Source: Saprolegnia diclina VS20 (lineage: Eukaryota). From it: a stretch of 20,000 nt of DNA. The position numbers and the translations under genes were made by a program. Positions 1 through 10,104 of the stretch are shown here, one piece after another (position 1 is the stretch's first letter; each line of letters begins with the position of its first letter). The stretch lies in assembly GCF_000281045.1 (NCBI RefSeq), contig NW_008246078.1, positions 840,403-860,402 of the forward strand. Direction: 5' to 3'. The notes beneath the pieces are model-generated. The model had not been told where the DNA came from. It saw only the letters and a program-made list of their open reading frames with translations, and did not search any database.

Positions 1-11
1 GGTTGGCAGCC

Positions 12-743
12 ATGGCGTCCGGGGCGAAAGAAGGGGTCGAAGAAGTCAAAAAACGGTTCAAATTCAACTATGAGGAGGACATGGAGCTCCTCCGGCTCGT
101 GCTCAAGCACGAGCCGTACAACGCGGTGCATGGCAGCGTCGCCGAGAAGTGGGAGCAGATCCGGACGACGCTCTGCGCCTACGTCGGCAAGCAGTTCTCG
201 GCCCGCGCGTGCAAGGACCGGTATGGCATCCTCATGCAGTCGGGCTTCCGCTTCAAGGACCCGCCGTCGGCGCAGATGATTGAAGACAGCACGCGCGTGC
301 TCACGGCGATCCGCCACCGCGTCGACGACGTCAAGTTCAAAGGCAAAGGGCGAGTCGACCGGGTGCCGAGCGTGGACCTGCTACTGCAAGTCGACGCGTC
401 GCTGGAGACGCCTGCGCCCGTGGCCACGCCGCCAACGCAGGCCTCGCCGCTGCACAGCGCAACATCCGCCATTGCCGTCTCGACCGCGGACGTAAGCGTG
501 TTTCTCCGCCTCTTGGATGGCCAGCTCCGCATGTCGGCGCAGCACCTCGACGATGCGAAGGAAGAACGCAAGTTCAAGCGTCAGAAGCTCGAGTTTGAGC
601 AGCGGCGGTTCGACCAAGAGATGGCGTTCCGCGCGCAAGAGGCCCAGCGCCGGGACCAGCGCGACGCCGAGGAGCGCGCGCAGCGCCGTGATGAGTTTCA
701 GCTGCTCATGGACATTGTCAAGTCGACCTTGCCCAAGCCATGA
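12..743 (+). CDS. Myb/SANT-like (trihelix-type) DNA-binding domain protein with C-terminal coiled coil, ~243 aa; could be 5'-incomplete
   Basis: ORF from ATG at 12 with strong GC3 codon bias. The N-terminal 'RFKFNYEEDMELLRLVLKHEPY...KWEQIRTTL...FSARACKDRYGILM' fits the F/W-x2-EED...W...R..C..RY SANT/Myb pattern. The C-terminus is an E/R/Q-rich helix. Confidence 0.75.
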   Translation: MASGAKEGVEEVKKRFKFNYEEDMELLRLVLKHEPYNAVHGSVAEKWEQIRTTLCAYVGKQFSARACKDRYGILMQSGFRFKDPPSAQMIEDSTRVLTAIRHRVDDVKFKGKGRVDRVPSVDLLLQVDASLETPAPVATPPTQASPLHSATSAIAVSTADVSVFLRLLDGQLRMSAQHLDDAKEERKFKRQKLEFEQRRFDQEMAFRAQEAQRRDQRDAEERAQRRDEFQLLMDIVKSTLPKP

Positions 744-1291
744 GCGCTCGACGTGCAGGCTCGATCCTTCTCCTCTTGTTTTGCGTACTACATAAGTCTA
801 CTAAGCGTTTACCGAGCACGTGGCGGGGATGTTGAAGATGCATGCAGCGCAGCACACGCTTCTACGCCAACTCCCGCACTGTCTGTGAAGTCTTTAGTTA
901 GTTTCTTTTGGCTCGTTCAATTTCAGCGCCAGCCCATTTCTACTAAGACGACAAAGTGAGGATCATACTACTGGGTACACTAGCGCTGGTTGGACGGGCG
1001 CTACTACGCTCACTGGCTCCTCGCCGTACCCGACAGCTTCGAGGTGTGCAGTAGACGCGCGACGAAGGCGTAATGCTGACTCGTGTCGCACCCTTCATGT
1101 GTCCTGCGAGGAGCGCATCATCATGGCACAGGCTCTCGAAGCCTCTTGCATGCGTTCCGGTGCTCATGCGGCTCGGCTGCGCGGAAGACCCAAGCGAGGT
1201 CCATGAAGAAACCTGGTGCGCCAAAGATGATGGCCACATGATGACGAAGATGAGGACGGACAGCCCAAAATTGATTGAAATGGCTTAGGAA

Positions 1292-1318
1292 ATGATGATG
1301 AGGATGATGATGATGATG
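1292..1318. repeat. Imperfect (ATG)n/(CAT)n trinucleotide microsatellite
   Basis: (ATG)3-AGG-(ATG)5 read directly, ~30 nt downstream of the stop of the minus-strand gene at 1348. Confidence 0.9.
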
Positions 1319-1347
1319 GAGGTAGTCTTCATAAATAGGGCGGTGCT

Positions 1348-2036
1348 TTAGACCCATTCGTCCTTGGGCTCGGCCTTTAGAAGTTGGTACGAAAAGTTGT
1401 GTTGCTACCGGCGCATGAGCAGTTGCATGATGCATGATGAAGCTGTCGTACCTCGGTGATGGCGAGGATCGTGTCAATGTTGATGAAGGGCTGCGTCGAG
1501 AGCGACGTCATGAACGCGTTCATGGCGCCTGTCGCTGTCGCAAACTCCATCGACGCCATCGTGATGGCCTACATACGCATCGCAACGCGAGCAGCGGAGG
1601 CGAGAGGACGTACAATCTGCTGGTACTCGGACTCGTACATGTCGAGCTCAATCTTGATGAAGCGCAAGTATTGCATCGCCGAGACCTGCATGCCCGACGG
1701 ACCGGTATCGACCGCTTCCGACGTCGACATGGCCATGATGCGCTTCTGCGTTTCCTCGAGGATGTCGTACATGTCGAGAAGGAGGTCTTGCACGTTGCGC
1801 GGGTACGCCTTGAGCGCGGCGAGCGTCCCTTCCGCGAGGTACCCGTCGATCGATCGGTTGCCGCCGTACCCATGCAGGCCCAGCAGCTCCATGCCCTCGT
1901 CCTCGACCGTCGGCGGCTCCTCGACCTCCTTCGTCTTGCCGATCTGGCTCTGGAAGGCCGTGACGAGCCGAATGACCTTGTCATGCGCAGCCTGCCACTC
2001 CTTGCACTTGCCGCGGAACCGGAGGTAGCCTTCCAT
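1348..2036 (-). CDS. 3-exon hypothetical protein, ~198 aa (exons 2036-1614, 1568-1452, 1404-1348); weak resemblance to the C1orf109/AIRIM family
   Basis: ATG at 2036. Introns 1613-1569 (GTACGT...TAG, 45 nt) and 1451-1405 (GTACGA...TAG, 47 nt) join the frames into one protein ending '...LSTQPFINIDTILAITEQHNFSYQLLKAEPKDEWV*'. The family call rests on the helical layout, 'MYESEY' and the C-terminal 'QPFI' motif (inference). Confidence 0.7.
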
Positions 2037-2868
2037 CGCTTCCAATCTTTTTCGGATCTGACAGTCAGTTTACACAGTACTGTGGGTATTACTGCCACCA
2101 CTGGGTTTCTCCCAGTATGTCCCAAAAGTGCGCGAAATCTACCTACTTGACGGCCGTGGTCCAACGCACCCTTCTAGTCGCTATCGCGGGGCTGGCCCTG
2201 GCACGACCGCCTCGTACAAGATCGACGCTAACAGCGTCCCGCCATCCTCTCGAGTACCGCAATGTCAACTTGCTTCTCGCCCTCGCCCCAGGATCGCCGG
2301 TCCATGTGGTGTCGCGTTACAGGCTTCTTCGCCGCCAATGCCTGTCGAGTAGCATTGCACTTGACCGCGAAACGTGGGGCGGCCACGCTTCGCAAGCAGC
2401 CGCCGCCTACAGCAGGCGCAGTTGCCATGTATCCATGGCTCCACCGGGATCGACGACAGGTATTAGTCGAGAATTGATTGGCGGCCGGGCAAGCTTCTTG
2501 AAGGTTCAGTATGCCCCTGGTCGATGAATTCAAGAAAATTGAAAATTGGATGGCGAACTGTCGTCGACGAGTGCCAAGTCGCAGGTTGACGTCAAGCCAG
2601 CAGGTTGGGATTAACCTCTGTTTTACCCACTTTAGTCGGTTCCCAAACCGTATAGTCGTTTGTGGTAGTTGCGTGTCGACTAGGATCATATCCGGATCCC
2701 TGCGCCTTGGCACGACAATGTATTTTAATTCAATGTTCGAAATGATTTGTATGAAAATGAAAATAAAAGTACATTCGCATGCTGTGATTGGCACGATTCG
2801 TCCGGATACTTCCGCACGTTATAAGTGGTGGAGGGCAGAACGCAGCAGACCACCATTTGTACCGAGAG

Positions 2869-3531
2869 ATGATGCTCCGCGTCCTTCGCCAGCCGCGCCA
2901 AGCGCGCTCCGTCGCCAAGTCCGCCGTGGCGTCCTTCTCGGACGACGCGACCAGCGGCAAGCGTGGCAAGGCCAAGCAGCGCCTCTTCCAGCAGGCCATG
3001 GAGAAGGCGCCCTTGAAGCCGACGGTGCCCACGGACGCCGAGGAGTCGGAACGCCTCTTCTTCAGCGACAAGGAGCTTGATGCGGAGTACGGCAAGTACG
3101 AGTCGGTCATGGACAACAAGAACGAGCCCGAGAGCGACTACACGCCGCTCAAGGGCCGCGTCGAGAACGAGCTCATCATGGCCGATAAGAGCTGGCCGCT
3201 CACGTCCGGTACGGACCTTTTCATGGACTTGATCCAGATCCCGGCGACGCCGTTTGACGACGAGAAGCGCGCGATTGTGAACGCTGAGGCCTTCAAGCGC
3301 ATGGGCTACACCTCGATCTGGGACGTCAAGCTGCCTGAGATTGCCGTCGAGATCCCGGCCGACCACCCGGACTACAACGCGCTCACGATCATGAAGCAGT
3401 CGCTCATGAACAACGGCCGCATCAAGATGGAAGACAAGAACGAAATCATGGAAATGCTCTTGGACGAGATCAACCGCCTGAGCGCAGACACAACCGAGTT
3501 GGTGCCTGGCATCGACCTAGAAGACGACTAA
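2869..3531 (+). CDS. Putative mitochondrion-targeted protein, ~220 aa; possible mitoribosomal mS31-like C-terminus
   Basis: Intronless ORF with strong codon bias. The N-terminus 'MMLRVLRQPRQARSVAKSAVASFS' is R/S/A-rich and acid-free, like a presequence. The C-terminal 'MKQSLMNNGRIKMEDKNEIM' is reminiscent of the mS31 'L..NP....EK' helix pair (weak inference). Confidence 0.75.
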   Translation: MMLRVLRQPRQARSVAKSAVASFSDDATSGKRGKAKQRLFQQAMEKAPLKPTVPTDAEESERLFFSDKELDAEYGKYESVMDNKNEPESDYTPLKGRVENELIMADKSWPLTSGTDLFMDLIQIPATPFDDEKRAIVNAEAFKRMGYTSIWDVKLPEIAVEIPADHPDYNALTIMKQSLMNNGRIKMEDKNEIMEMLLDEINRLSADTTELVPGIDLEDD

Positions 3532-4155
3532 ATAGCAGCCCGTGTATGGAATACAAAGTACTAGACCCCGGTTCCACCCATGATTCGATCGTTGTACGGG
3601 ACCACTGAGCGCCATCGTCGTCGTCCCGTGCTGCCATATTCGACGGTGGCATGGCGCGCCATCGCGCATGACAGCTTGACCGGTGCATCATAAGTTCTTA
3701 TACCGGTAGTAGAGTACGTTGACATGACCCTGCCGAGTACTCGTGACAAGCAGGAGTGATTTGAGCTATAGACTATCTACATCGAGGTCGCTACGAGCCG
3801 CTACAAGCCAAGCAGCGTGCGAAACTACAGTACTGTAGCAACTCGATCCTTGAAGCGGTTAGTCGTTCAGAAGTTGTGTTGTTTTCCGTGCAGTTGAATT
3901 TAATTGATCGGCTACGAAAAGTCTTGCATCCTAACTACATATAGTACCTAGTACATGCCATGACTCGTGATCTCTACTAGCCCTCGTAGTATGTTTTGTA
4001 CAGGACAATAATCACTGCTGCGCATCAACTTGGGCGATCTTCCAGCACCGACAATGTACGGCTTGTTGTACGAGCCGTACATTGCATGTACGGCTTCGGA
4101 CTAAATTCGGCATTGGATTCGCTTGGGGGCGCTTCCATTCAATTCCAGCGCTCGC

Positions 4156-4899
4156 ATGCAGAACTGCTACTTCCCGACGCTCAAGCCCGTGGACCCGGCG
4201 GCCGTGGCCGTGGCCAAGGGCCACTACTCGCGCCCCGATGGCCGCGGCAACGACGAGTTCCGCGCCTGCTTCATGCGCTGCGGCGTGCTCAGCAAGGCAG
4301 CGGGCTCGGCGTACGTCGAGTTTGGCCGGACGCGCGTCGTCTGCGCCGTGTACGGCCCGCGCGCCGAAGTGGCCATCAAGCAGCGCGGCCAGCCGTTGGT
4401 GTGCGACATCAAGCTTCCGTCGAGCACGACAGTGCTTGATGCGTCCATGAACGACCTCGAGCTCGAGTACGGTAACCTCATGCGCCAAGCGCTCGCGCCG
4501 TCGCTCCTCCTCGAGAAGCTGCCCAAGTGCCAGATCAGTGTCCATGCGGTCGTGCTCGAAAGCGACGGCGGCGATCTCGGTGCTGCCATCACGTGCGCAA
4601 GCTTGGCGCTGGTCGACGCTGGCGTCGAGATGATCGACGTCGTCACGGCTTGCAGCGCGGGCCACACGGCCGACGCGACCGTCCTCCTCGACCCGACGAC
4701 GAAAGAGACGGGCGGCCACGTCATGGTGGCGTTCATGCCGGCCCGCGGCCAGATCACGCACGTCATGCAGAAGGGTGGCATGACATACCCCAAGGTGCAG
4801 GAAGCCATCGAGCTCTGCTCCGACGGCTGCGCCGGCGTCCTGAGCACGATGCTGCGCGCGTGCATCGTCGAGAGCCTCCGTCCCGATAGCACCAACTAA
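4156..4899 (+). CDS. EXOSC6: Exosome complex RNase PH-like subunit (MTR3/EXOSC6/RRP41-like), ~247 aa
   Basis: RNase PH domain hallmarks: 'RPDGR...R', 'GSAYVEFGRTRVVCAVYGPR', 'LEKLPKCQISVHAVVLESDGGDLGAAITCASLALVDAGVEMID', 'LLDPT..E'. The N-terminal extension and absence of Rrp41's catalytic-like 'GTRCA' favour MTR3/RRP41L. Confidence 0.85.
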   Translation: MQNCYFPTLKPVDPAAVAVAKGHYSRPDGRGNDEFRACFMRCGVLSKAAGSAYVEFGRTRVVCAVYGPRAEVAIKQRGQPLVCDIKLPSSTTVLDASMNDLELEYGNLMRQALAPSLLLEKLPKCQISVHAVVLESDGGDLGAAITCASLALVDAGVEMIDVVTACSAGHTADATVLLDPTTKETGGHVMVAFMPARGQITHVMQKGGMTYPKVQEAIELCSDGCAGVLSTMLRACIVESLRPDSTN

Positions 4900-5397
4900 T
4901 ATAGTCCTTTCCGTCTCATGAAATATTGTCTACTAGTTGTTGGACTATCGCCTTGGTCAACGACCACGTATCATCTCAATGCAAGGCAATCCGCCGCGCC
5001 GATCAGCTCGGCTGCAAGCTCTACTCGTCGCTGCCTCTGAAGAAAGGCCGCAAATGATCGATCATACACGCAAATCGAGGCCAGGGTCGACAAGCTACGA
5101 GGCTGCAATGATGACACCCAAGGGCATGATGGGTCAGTTGACCACGATGTCGGAGCTGCTGGTGAGCTGCTGATCCGCGCGGATGGTTGTGCCAGCAGCG
5201 AGGCGTCGATGACGGCGTGTCATCCTCCTGCGACGACCGCGAAGCAAATAGCACAACAGCAACGGAATAAGATCATTGGGGTCTATTGGTCCAACATACA
5301 TGCTAGCGACGCAGGAGACGAGGGCGAGCGACGAGCTCGATCAAGTAGGTGTAAACATGATTTCTTCTTGCTGCTGCTCTAGGCTTTTTCTACGAAA

Positions 5398-6225
5398 TTA
5401 CTTGAAGTAAGTAATCTTACGGGTCTTCAACGGGGCCCATCGCATGCGCTTATAGTAGCCCGTGAAGAGGGCAGTGACAAAGAGGCCAAAGCACCACTGC
5501 ATGCCCATCTTCTTGCGTTCGTCGTGCTCGGGCTCGGCGGCCCACGAGAGGAAGCACGCGACGTCCTTGGCCATCTGCGAGACCGTGGCCGGCGTGCCGT
5601 CTTCGTACTCGACCTGGCCGTCGTTCAACGGCTGGGCCATGGCAATCATGCCACCCGAGAAGTACGGGTTGTAGTGGAGACCCGCGCCCACATCGTTGCC
5701 TTCCGGCGCCGGCACGTAGCCCGTCATGAGCGAGAAAATGTAGTCGGCACCGGCGTGGCGGGCCTTGACCATGAGCGAAAGATCCGGCGGCACGGCGCCG
5801 TTGTTGGCGGCGGCGGCGGCCTCGTCGTTGGCATACGGCTTCGGGAACGGGTCCGAGAGCTTGCCCGGGCGGTCAAACATCTCGCCTTCGTCGTTCGGGC
5901 CATCGACGACCTCAATGTCGGCCGCGAGCTTCTTCGCGTGGTCTTCGGTGTGGGTCACGCCGACAAGGTGGCGGAAGTGGATCTTATCGAGCGAGTGGCA
6001 CGTCGAGCAGACCTCCTTGTACACCTGGTACCCACGGCGGACGCTGGCGTAGTCGAACGACGTCAGCGGGCCCTGGTGCTCAAAGCCATAGTGCGGCGAC
6101 GGGATGCAGTCGTCGCTGAACGAGGTGACGCCGGTCATGACGCTGGCGGCGACGAGCGACGCGCCGGCGCCGGCCGCGGCCTTGGCCCCGTGGGCGCGCA
6201 CGGACTGAGCAACACGTTGGAACAT
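5398..6225 (-). CDS. CYC1: Cytochrome c1, heme protein of mitochondrial complex III, ~275 aa precursor
   Basis: Presequence, then 'FDYASVRRGYQVYKEVCSTCHSL' (CxxCH), 'DGPNDEGEMFDRPGKLSDPFPKPY', 'PPDLSL', 'YNPYF.GG.IAM', 'YEDGTPATVSQMAKDVACFLSWAAEPEHDERKKMG' and a C-terminal TM helix. Confidence 0.98.
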   Translation of the reverse strand: MFQRVAQSVRAHGAKAAAGAGASLVAASVMTGVTSFSDDCIPSPHYGFEHQGPLTSFDYASVRRGYQVYKEVCSTCHSLDKIHFRHLVGVTHTEDHAKKLAADIEVVDGPNDEGEMFDRPGKLSDPFPKPYANDEAAAAANNGAVPPDLSLMVKARHAGADYIFSLMTGYVPAPEGNDVGAGLHYNPYFSGGMIAMAQPLNDGQVEYEDGTPATVSQMAKDVACFLSWAAEPEHDERKKMGMQWCFGLFVTALFTGYYKRMRWAPLKTRKITYFK

Positions 6226-7261
6226 CCTGCCTTTTTCCAGAATAAATTTGCCGCGAGCCTCAACACCACTCAACCAGCCTTCCCGTTCGCGTCAAGTCTC
6301 TCAAACTTGATTATTTTTCCACTCGGGCTATGCGTTCTTAGAGGTGCGCCGGCCCAGGGCCCCGGCCCCGCTGAGTATGCATTGTGAGAGGTATTCAAAG
6401 ACAGAGGTCGCAACGACCGGCCACGCTTTCCCTAGCCCTTCACTTCGGACGCAGTCAGTTTACGGCGTTGCAGCACCTCTCTAATTTTATAGGCCGAAGC
6501 CCATTTCTATGTGAAGCGATGAAGTCCACCGATGCGTGGCGAAGGAAGGCTGCTTCCGGGCATGGCCCAGCGCCGCCGCCGCCACTGCCGCCGCCGACAA
6601 CGATGGCCTCGCCGACGAGATGCTGGCGCTAGGTAGGACCAGCAACAGGGCACACCGCGCTGTCACGAGAGGCTGGCGGAGCGAATGCGACCCACGGGTG
6701 TCGAGTAATCCATGAGGCTGCGGCTGCGCTACCAACTACACATGCAGATGGACGAGGTCGTGGCGATACCAGCGCGGGCTTGGTGACGCCATGAGCATGT
6801 GAACGGTGGTTGCAGCGACCAGCGTGATTGATGGCGATCGCGTGGCAGCAGGTTGCACCTTGGTTCAAGTGGCCCATGACACGTATCGCTGAGTCGTGGT
6901 TATCGGGTGTCATTGCGACGCCTTTGTGGCGTTGGATCAAAGACAGGGCATGGGCGGTGCCAAGCATGGTACAGCGCACGCCTTGCACGGCGATGGCCGT
7001 GGCCGCTGGGCCGGCCCAGATGGTCGCCCGCGCCCGCGCCGCCATGCTCGTCGTCCCGCAGCTCCGCGTGGACTTCGCTTCGCATCACAGTCGAATTAAA
7101 TGACCGCGCCCCATCAATACAATAGGCGCACCTACTTTATCCAAGTGTGAGAAAAAAGTACGTATTTAAAGAGGTATAAAAAATCCCAATCCGACTCGGA
7201 GCCAGGCCAACCGATTGGCCATTGCAGCTTTCCGGCTTCGACCGTAGTTGACCTCAAGACG

Positions 7262-8441
7262 ATGCTGCCGGGCCTTGCACGCACGCTGTCGACAGCCGCG
7301 GCGAAGCGGTCGTCGCGCCTCGTCGCGCTCCGCGAGCAGCTCGCTGAAGAAGCCATTGCGCTCAACGAGGCCAAGAAGAACAAGCTCGACGCGACCTGGG
7401 GTGACAATGTCATCAAGGCCGAGGACCTCGACTCGCTCATGGCCTCGCCCGAGTCGGTCAAGCCGTCGCGCAAGCCCAACGCGAGCAACCGCAAGCCGAG
7501 CTGGCTCAAGGCGCAGCCGACGTCCGGCGACAACTACCTTCGCCTGCGTGACACGGTTCGGTCGCTCGGCCTCGCGACTGTCTGCGAGGAAGCGCGCTGC
7601 CCGAACATTGGCGAGTGCTGGGGCGGCGGCAAGAACGGGACCGCGACCGCCACGATCATGCTCATGGGCGACACGTGCACGCGCGGCTGCAGTTTCTGCG
7701 CCATCAAGACCAGCAAGCGCCCGCCAGCGCTCGACCTTGAGGAGCCCGACAAGGTCTCGCGTGCGATCGCGTCCTGGGGCCTCGACTACGTTGTCTTTAC
7801 AAGCGTCGACCGCGACGATCTCCCGGATGCTGGCGCGCAGCACTTTGCCTCGACGGTACGGCGATGCATCTGCCATAGGCGCGGGTCGCTCACGAGATAC
7901 ATAGGTGAGCTTGCTCCGCGAGCGCCTGCCCGAGATCCTCATCGAGTGCTTGACGCCCGACTTCTCGGGCCGCGTCGACCTCATCGAGCAAGTCGCGCTC
8001 TCGGGCCTCGACGTGTTTGCGCACAACGTAGAGACGGTCGAGCGCATGCAGCGCCGCGTGCGGGACCACCGCGCCAACTACCGCCAGTCGCTGGCGGTGC
8101 TCGAAGCCGCCAAGAAGGTCAAGCCGACGCTCGTGACCAAGACGTCCATCATGCTCGGCGTTGGCGAGAAGCCTGCTGAAGTGCTGCAGACGCTCAAGGA
8201 CCTGCGGTCGTCGGGCGTCGACGTCGTCACGTTTGGCCAGTACCTCCGCCCGTCCACGCGCCACATGCCGGTCGCCGAGTACATTAGCCCGGAAGCGTTT
8301 GAAGAATGGCAAAAGGTCGGCGAGTCCATGGGCTTCCTCTACGTGGCGAGTGGCCCGATGGTCCGGTCGAGTTACAAGGCCGGCGAGTTCTTCCTCACCA
8401 ACCTCCTCCGCGACAAGAAGAAGCAAGCGGCGCTGCCCTAA
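7262..8441 (+). CDS. LIAS: Mitochondrial lipoyl synthase (radical SAM), 2 exons (7262-7855, 7905-8441), ~376 aa
   Basis: CX4CX5C '[12 protein letters not shown]', radical-SAM CX3CX2C 'CTRGCSFC', '[10 protein letters not shown]', 'HNVETV', 'GQYLRP' and '[10 protein letters not shown]'. A 49-nt intron 7856-7904 (GTACGG...GCTCAC...TAG) restores the frame (HFAST|VSLLRE). Confidence 0.97.
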
Positions 8442-8968
8442 ACTCGAAATGTCCTTTTTTGATAGATGATTTTGCACTTTTTTGAATGACAACTTTGTAC
8501 CTTGACGTATTACGACCTATTACGTACCAGTCGATCGGTGGTGGAAGAGGAGACCCGGCGGTGGGCGCATGACTTCAAGCTCATCCACGCAGCCATCTGA
8601 CGATCCCTCGGGCGGGGCTCGACACTGGCCTCAATGGCTAGATGGGGCTGGCGTGTCATCGGCAGCGTGTCGTACCACGGCACTGGTGTCTTGCTGGTAC
8701 GCAAGGCAAGTGCGTGCTCAGTGTAGTTGGGTCGAGCAACGAAGCAGGTTACGTTGCCCACCGATCGGCGCTGCACTCCAAGCCCCAGTTGTGCGTTGTC
8801 AGAGCTGCACGAGGTGGTCGATCGCGAAACCTATGTACCGGTACTTGGAGCCGATTCGGTCAAGAGTCCACTCGGTGCGCTAACGAACGGCGACGACAGG
8901 GACGAGGTGAGTGGAGTGTGAATTGCGGTGAGCTATGATGAACCTAGTGACGACGCTACTACTGCGAC

Positions 8969-9852
8969 CTATTCCGGGCAGTACGAGCGGAGGCGGGAGA
9001 TAATGAGGTCGAGGGCGACAGCGTTGACACCGACAGGCACGATGATGTCGGCGACGCGCTTGGAGGGCTCAACGAACGTGAGGTGCATCGGCCGCACGGT
9101 CTTGAGGTACTGGTCGATGACGCTCTCGGCCGTGCGCCCGCGCTCGGCAATGTCTCGTCGGAGGCGGCGAATGAACCGAATGTCGGACGGCGTCTCGACA
9201 AACACCTTGATGTCCATGAGCGCGACAAGGTCCGGGTCCGTAAAGAGGAGGATGCCCTCAACGAGGATCACGCGGCGGGGCACCATCGTCTGCGTGTCGG
9301 CGCAGCGCGAGTGCGTCGCAAAGTCGTACATGGGCACCTCCACCGTGACGCCGTCGCGGAGCGCTTCCAAGTGGCGCACCAAGAGCGAGGTTTCGAGCGA
9401 ATCCGGGTGGTCAAAGTTGTGCTACCACCATAGAAATAAGCATCTTGGAACAGTGGTGGATGCTCTACCTGCGCACGCTGTTCGAGGGTCCGGTTCGAGA
9501 TGTCACGGTAGTAGTAGTCGTGGGATAAATACGAGACGTTGGCCTCACCAATCTCTTCCATGATCGCGCGCGACAGCGTCGTCTTGCCCGAGCCCGTGCC
9601 ACCGCAAACACCAATGACAAGGATGTCGTTGGGCCCGACCGACCCACGGCGCGGGATCTTGATGTGCTCCGGTTCCGTGTACACCATTTGGGTGTCCGTA
9701 ATGTCCGACTGGGCGCGCGCCGTCGACGGCTTGCGCGGGGCCTTGGGCGGCTTGGCGGTCGTCGACTTGCGCTGCTTCATGAGCACGAGCGCCGCGGCGA
9801 CGAGGCAGCCAAGCACGGCGACTTGGAAAACGTGACGGCTCTGGGCACCCAT
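8969..9852 (-). CDS. udk: Uridine(-cytidine) kinase with N-terminal hydrophobic anchor, 2 exons (9852-9469, 9421-8969), ~278 aa
   Basis: P-loop 'IGVCGGTGSGKTT', 'SHDYYY', 'NFDHPDSL' (formed next to the splice of intron 9468-9422, GTAGAG...TAG, 47 nt), 'PMYDFATHSR', 'VILVEGIL', 'DIRFIRRLRRDIAERGR' and 'FVEPSKRVADIIVP'. Confidence 0.95.
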
Positions 9853-9897
9853 ACTGCTGATGCGTTGGTGGCTTGCTGCGCTCAAGATACAATGGCA

Positions 9898-10104
9898 ATT
9901 GGCCAATCGTCGCCGTTTTAACCGGACCGCGAACGACTGGAACAAATAGGTTTGGCCAACGCGAGGGACCGACGCGATTACATACTGAGTTCAAGTGCAA
10001 TGGCACCCTTTTAGAAAGGGCAATGTGGCCGAACGCGCGACGACCAGCCACTTTGTACCAGGACGTGCTGCAAACTTTGGTCGCCCGCATTTTGATTGGC
10101 CAAT
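9898..10104. promoter_or_regulatory. Back-to-back CCAAT boxes upstream of the uridine kinase gene
   Basis: Palindromic ATTGGCCAAT at 9898-9907 and 10095-10104, plus TTGGCCAA at 9952-9959. CCAAT boxes are established eukaryotic/oomycete promoter elements. Confidence 0.5.

Noticed and set aside
1121..1477. ORF with a poly-His tract (possible metal-binding peptide)
   Set aside because: The His run is simply the (CAT)n microsatellite in the 3' UTR. The ORF overlaps the real gene's intron and last exon out of frame.
2117..2794. ORFs in the divergent spacer (2117-2527 +, 2228-2794 -)
   Set aside because: No local codon bias and no recognisable domain. The segment is more consistent with promoter/UTR DNA.
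6629..7045. 138-aa minus ORF with a faint WD40-like patch (HKGVAMTPDNHDSAIRV)
   Set aside because: A single weak patch with no repeat periodicity is insufficient to call a gene.
7856..7904. Apparent frameshift/pseudogene in lipoyl synthase (ORFs 7262-8179 and 7905-8441 in different frames); the same applies to the uridine kinase and array genes
   Set aside because: Fully explained by short canonical GT-AG introns that restore conserved motifs.
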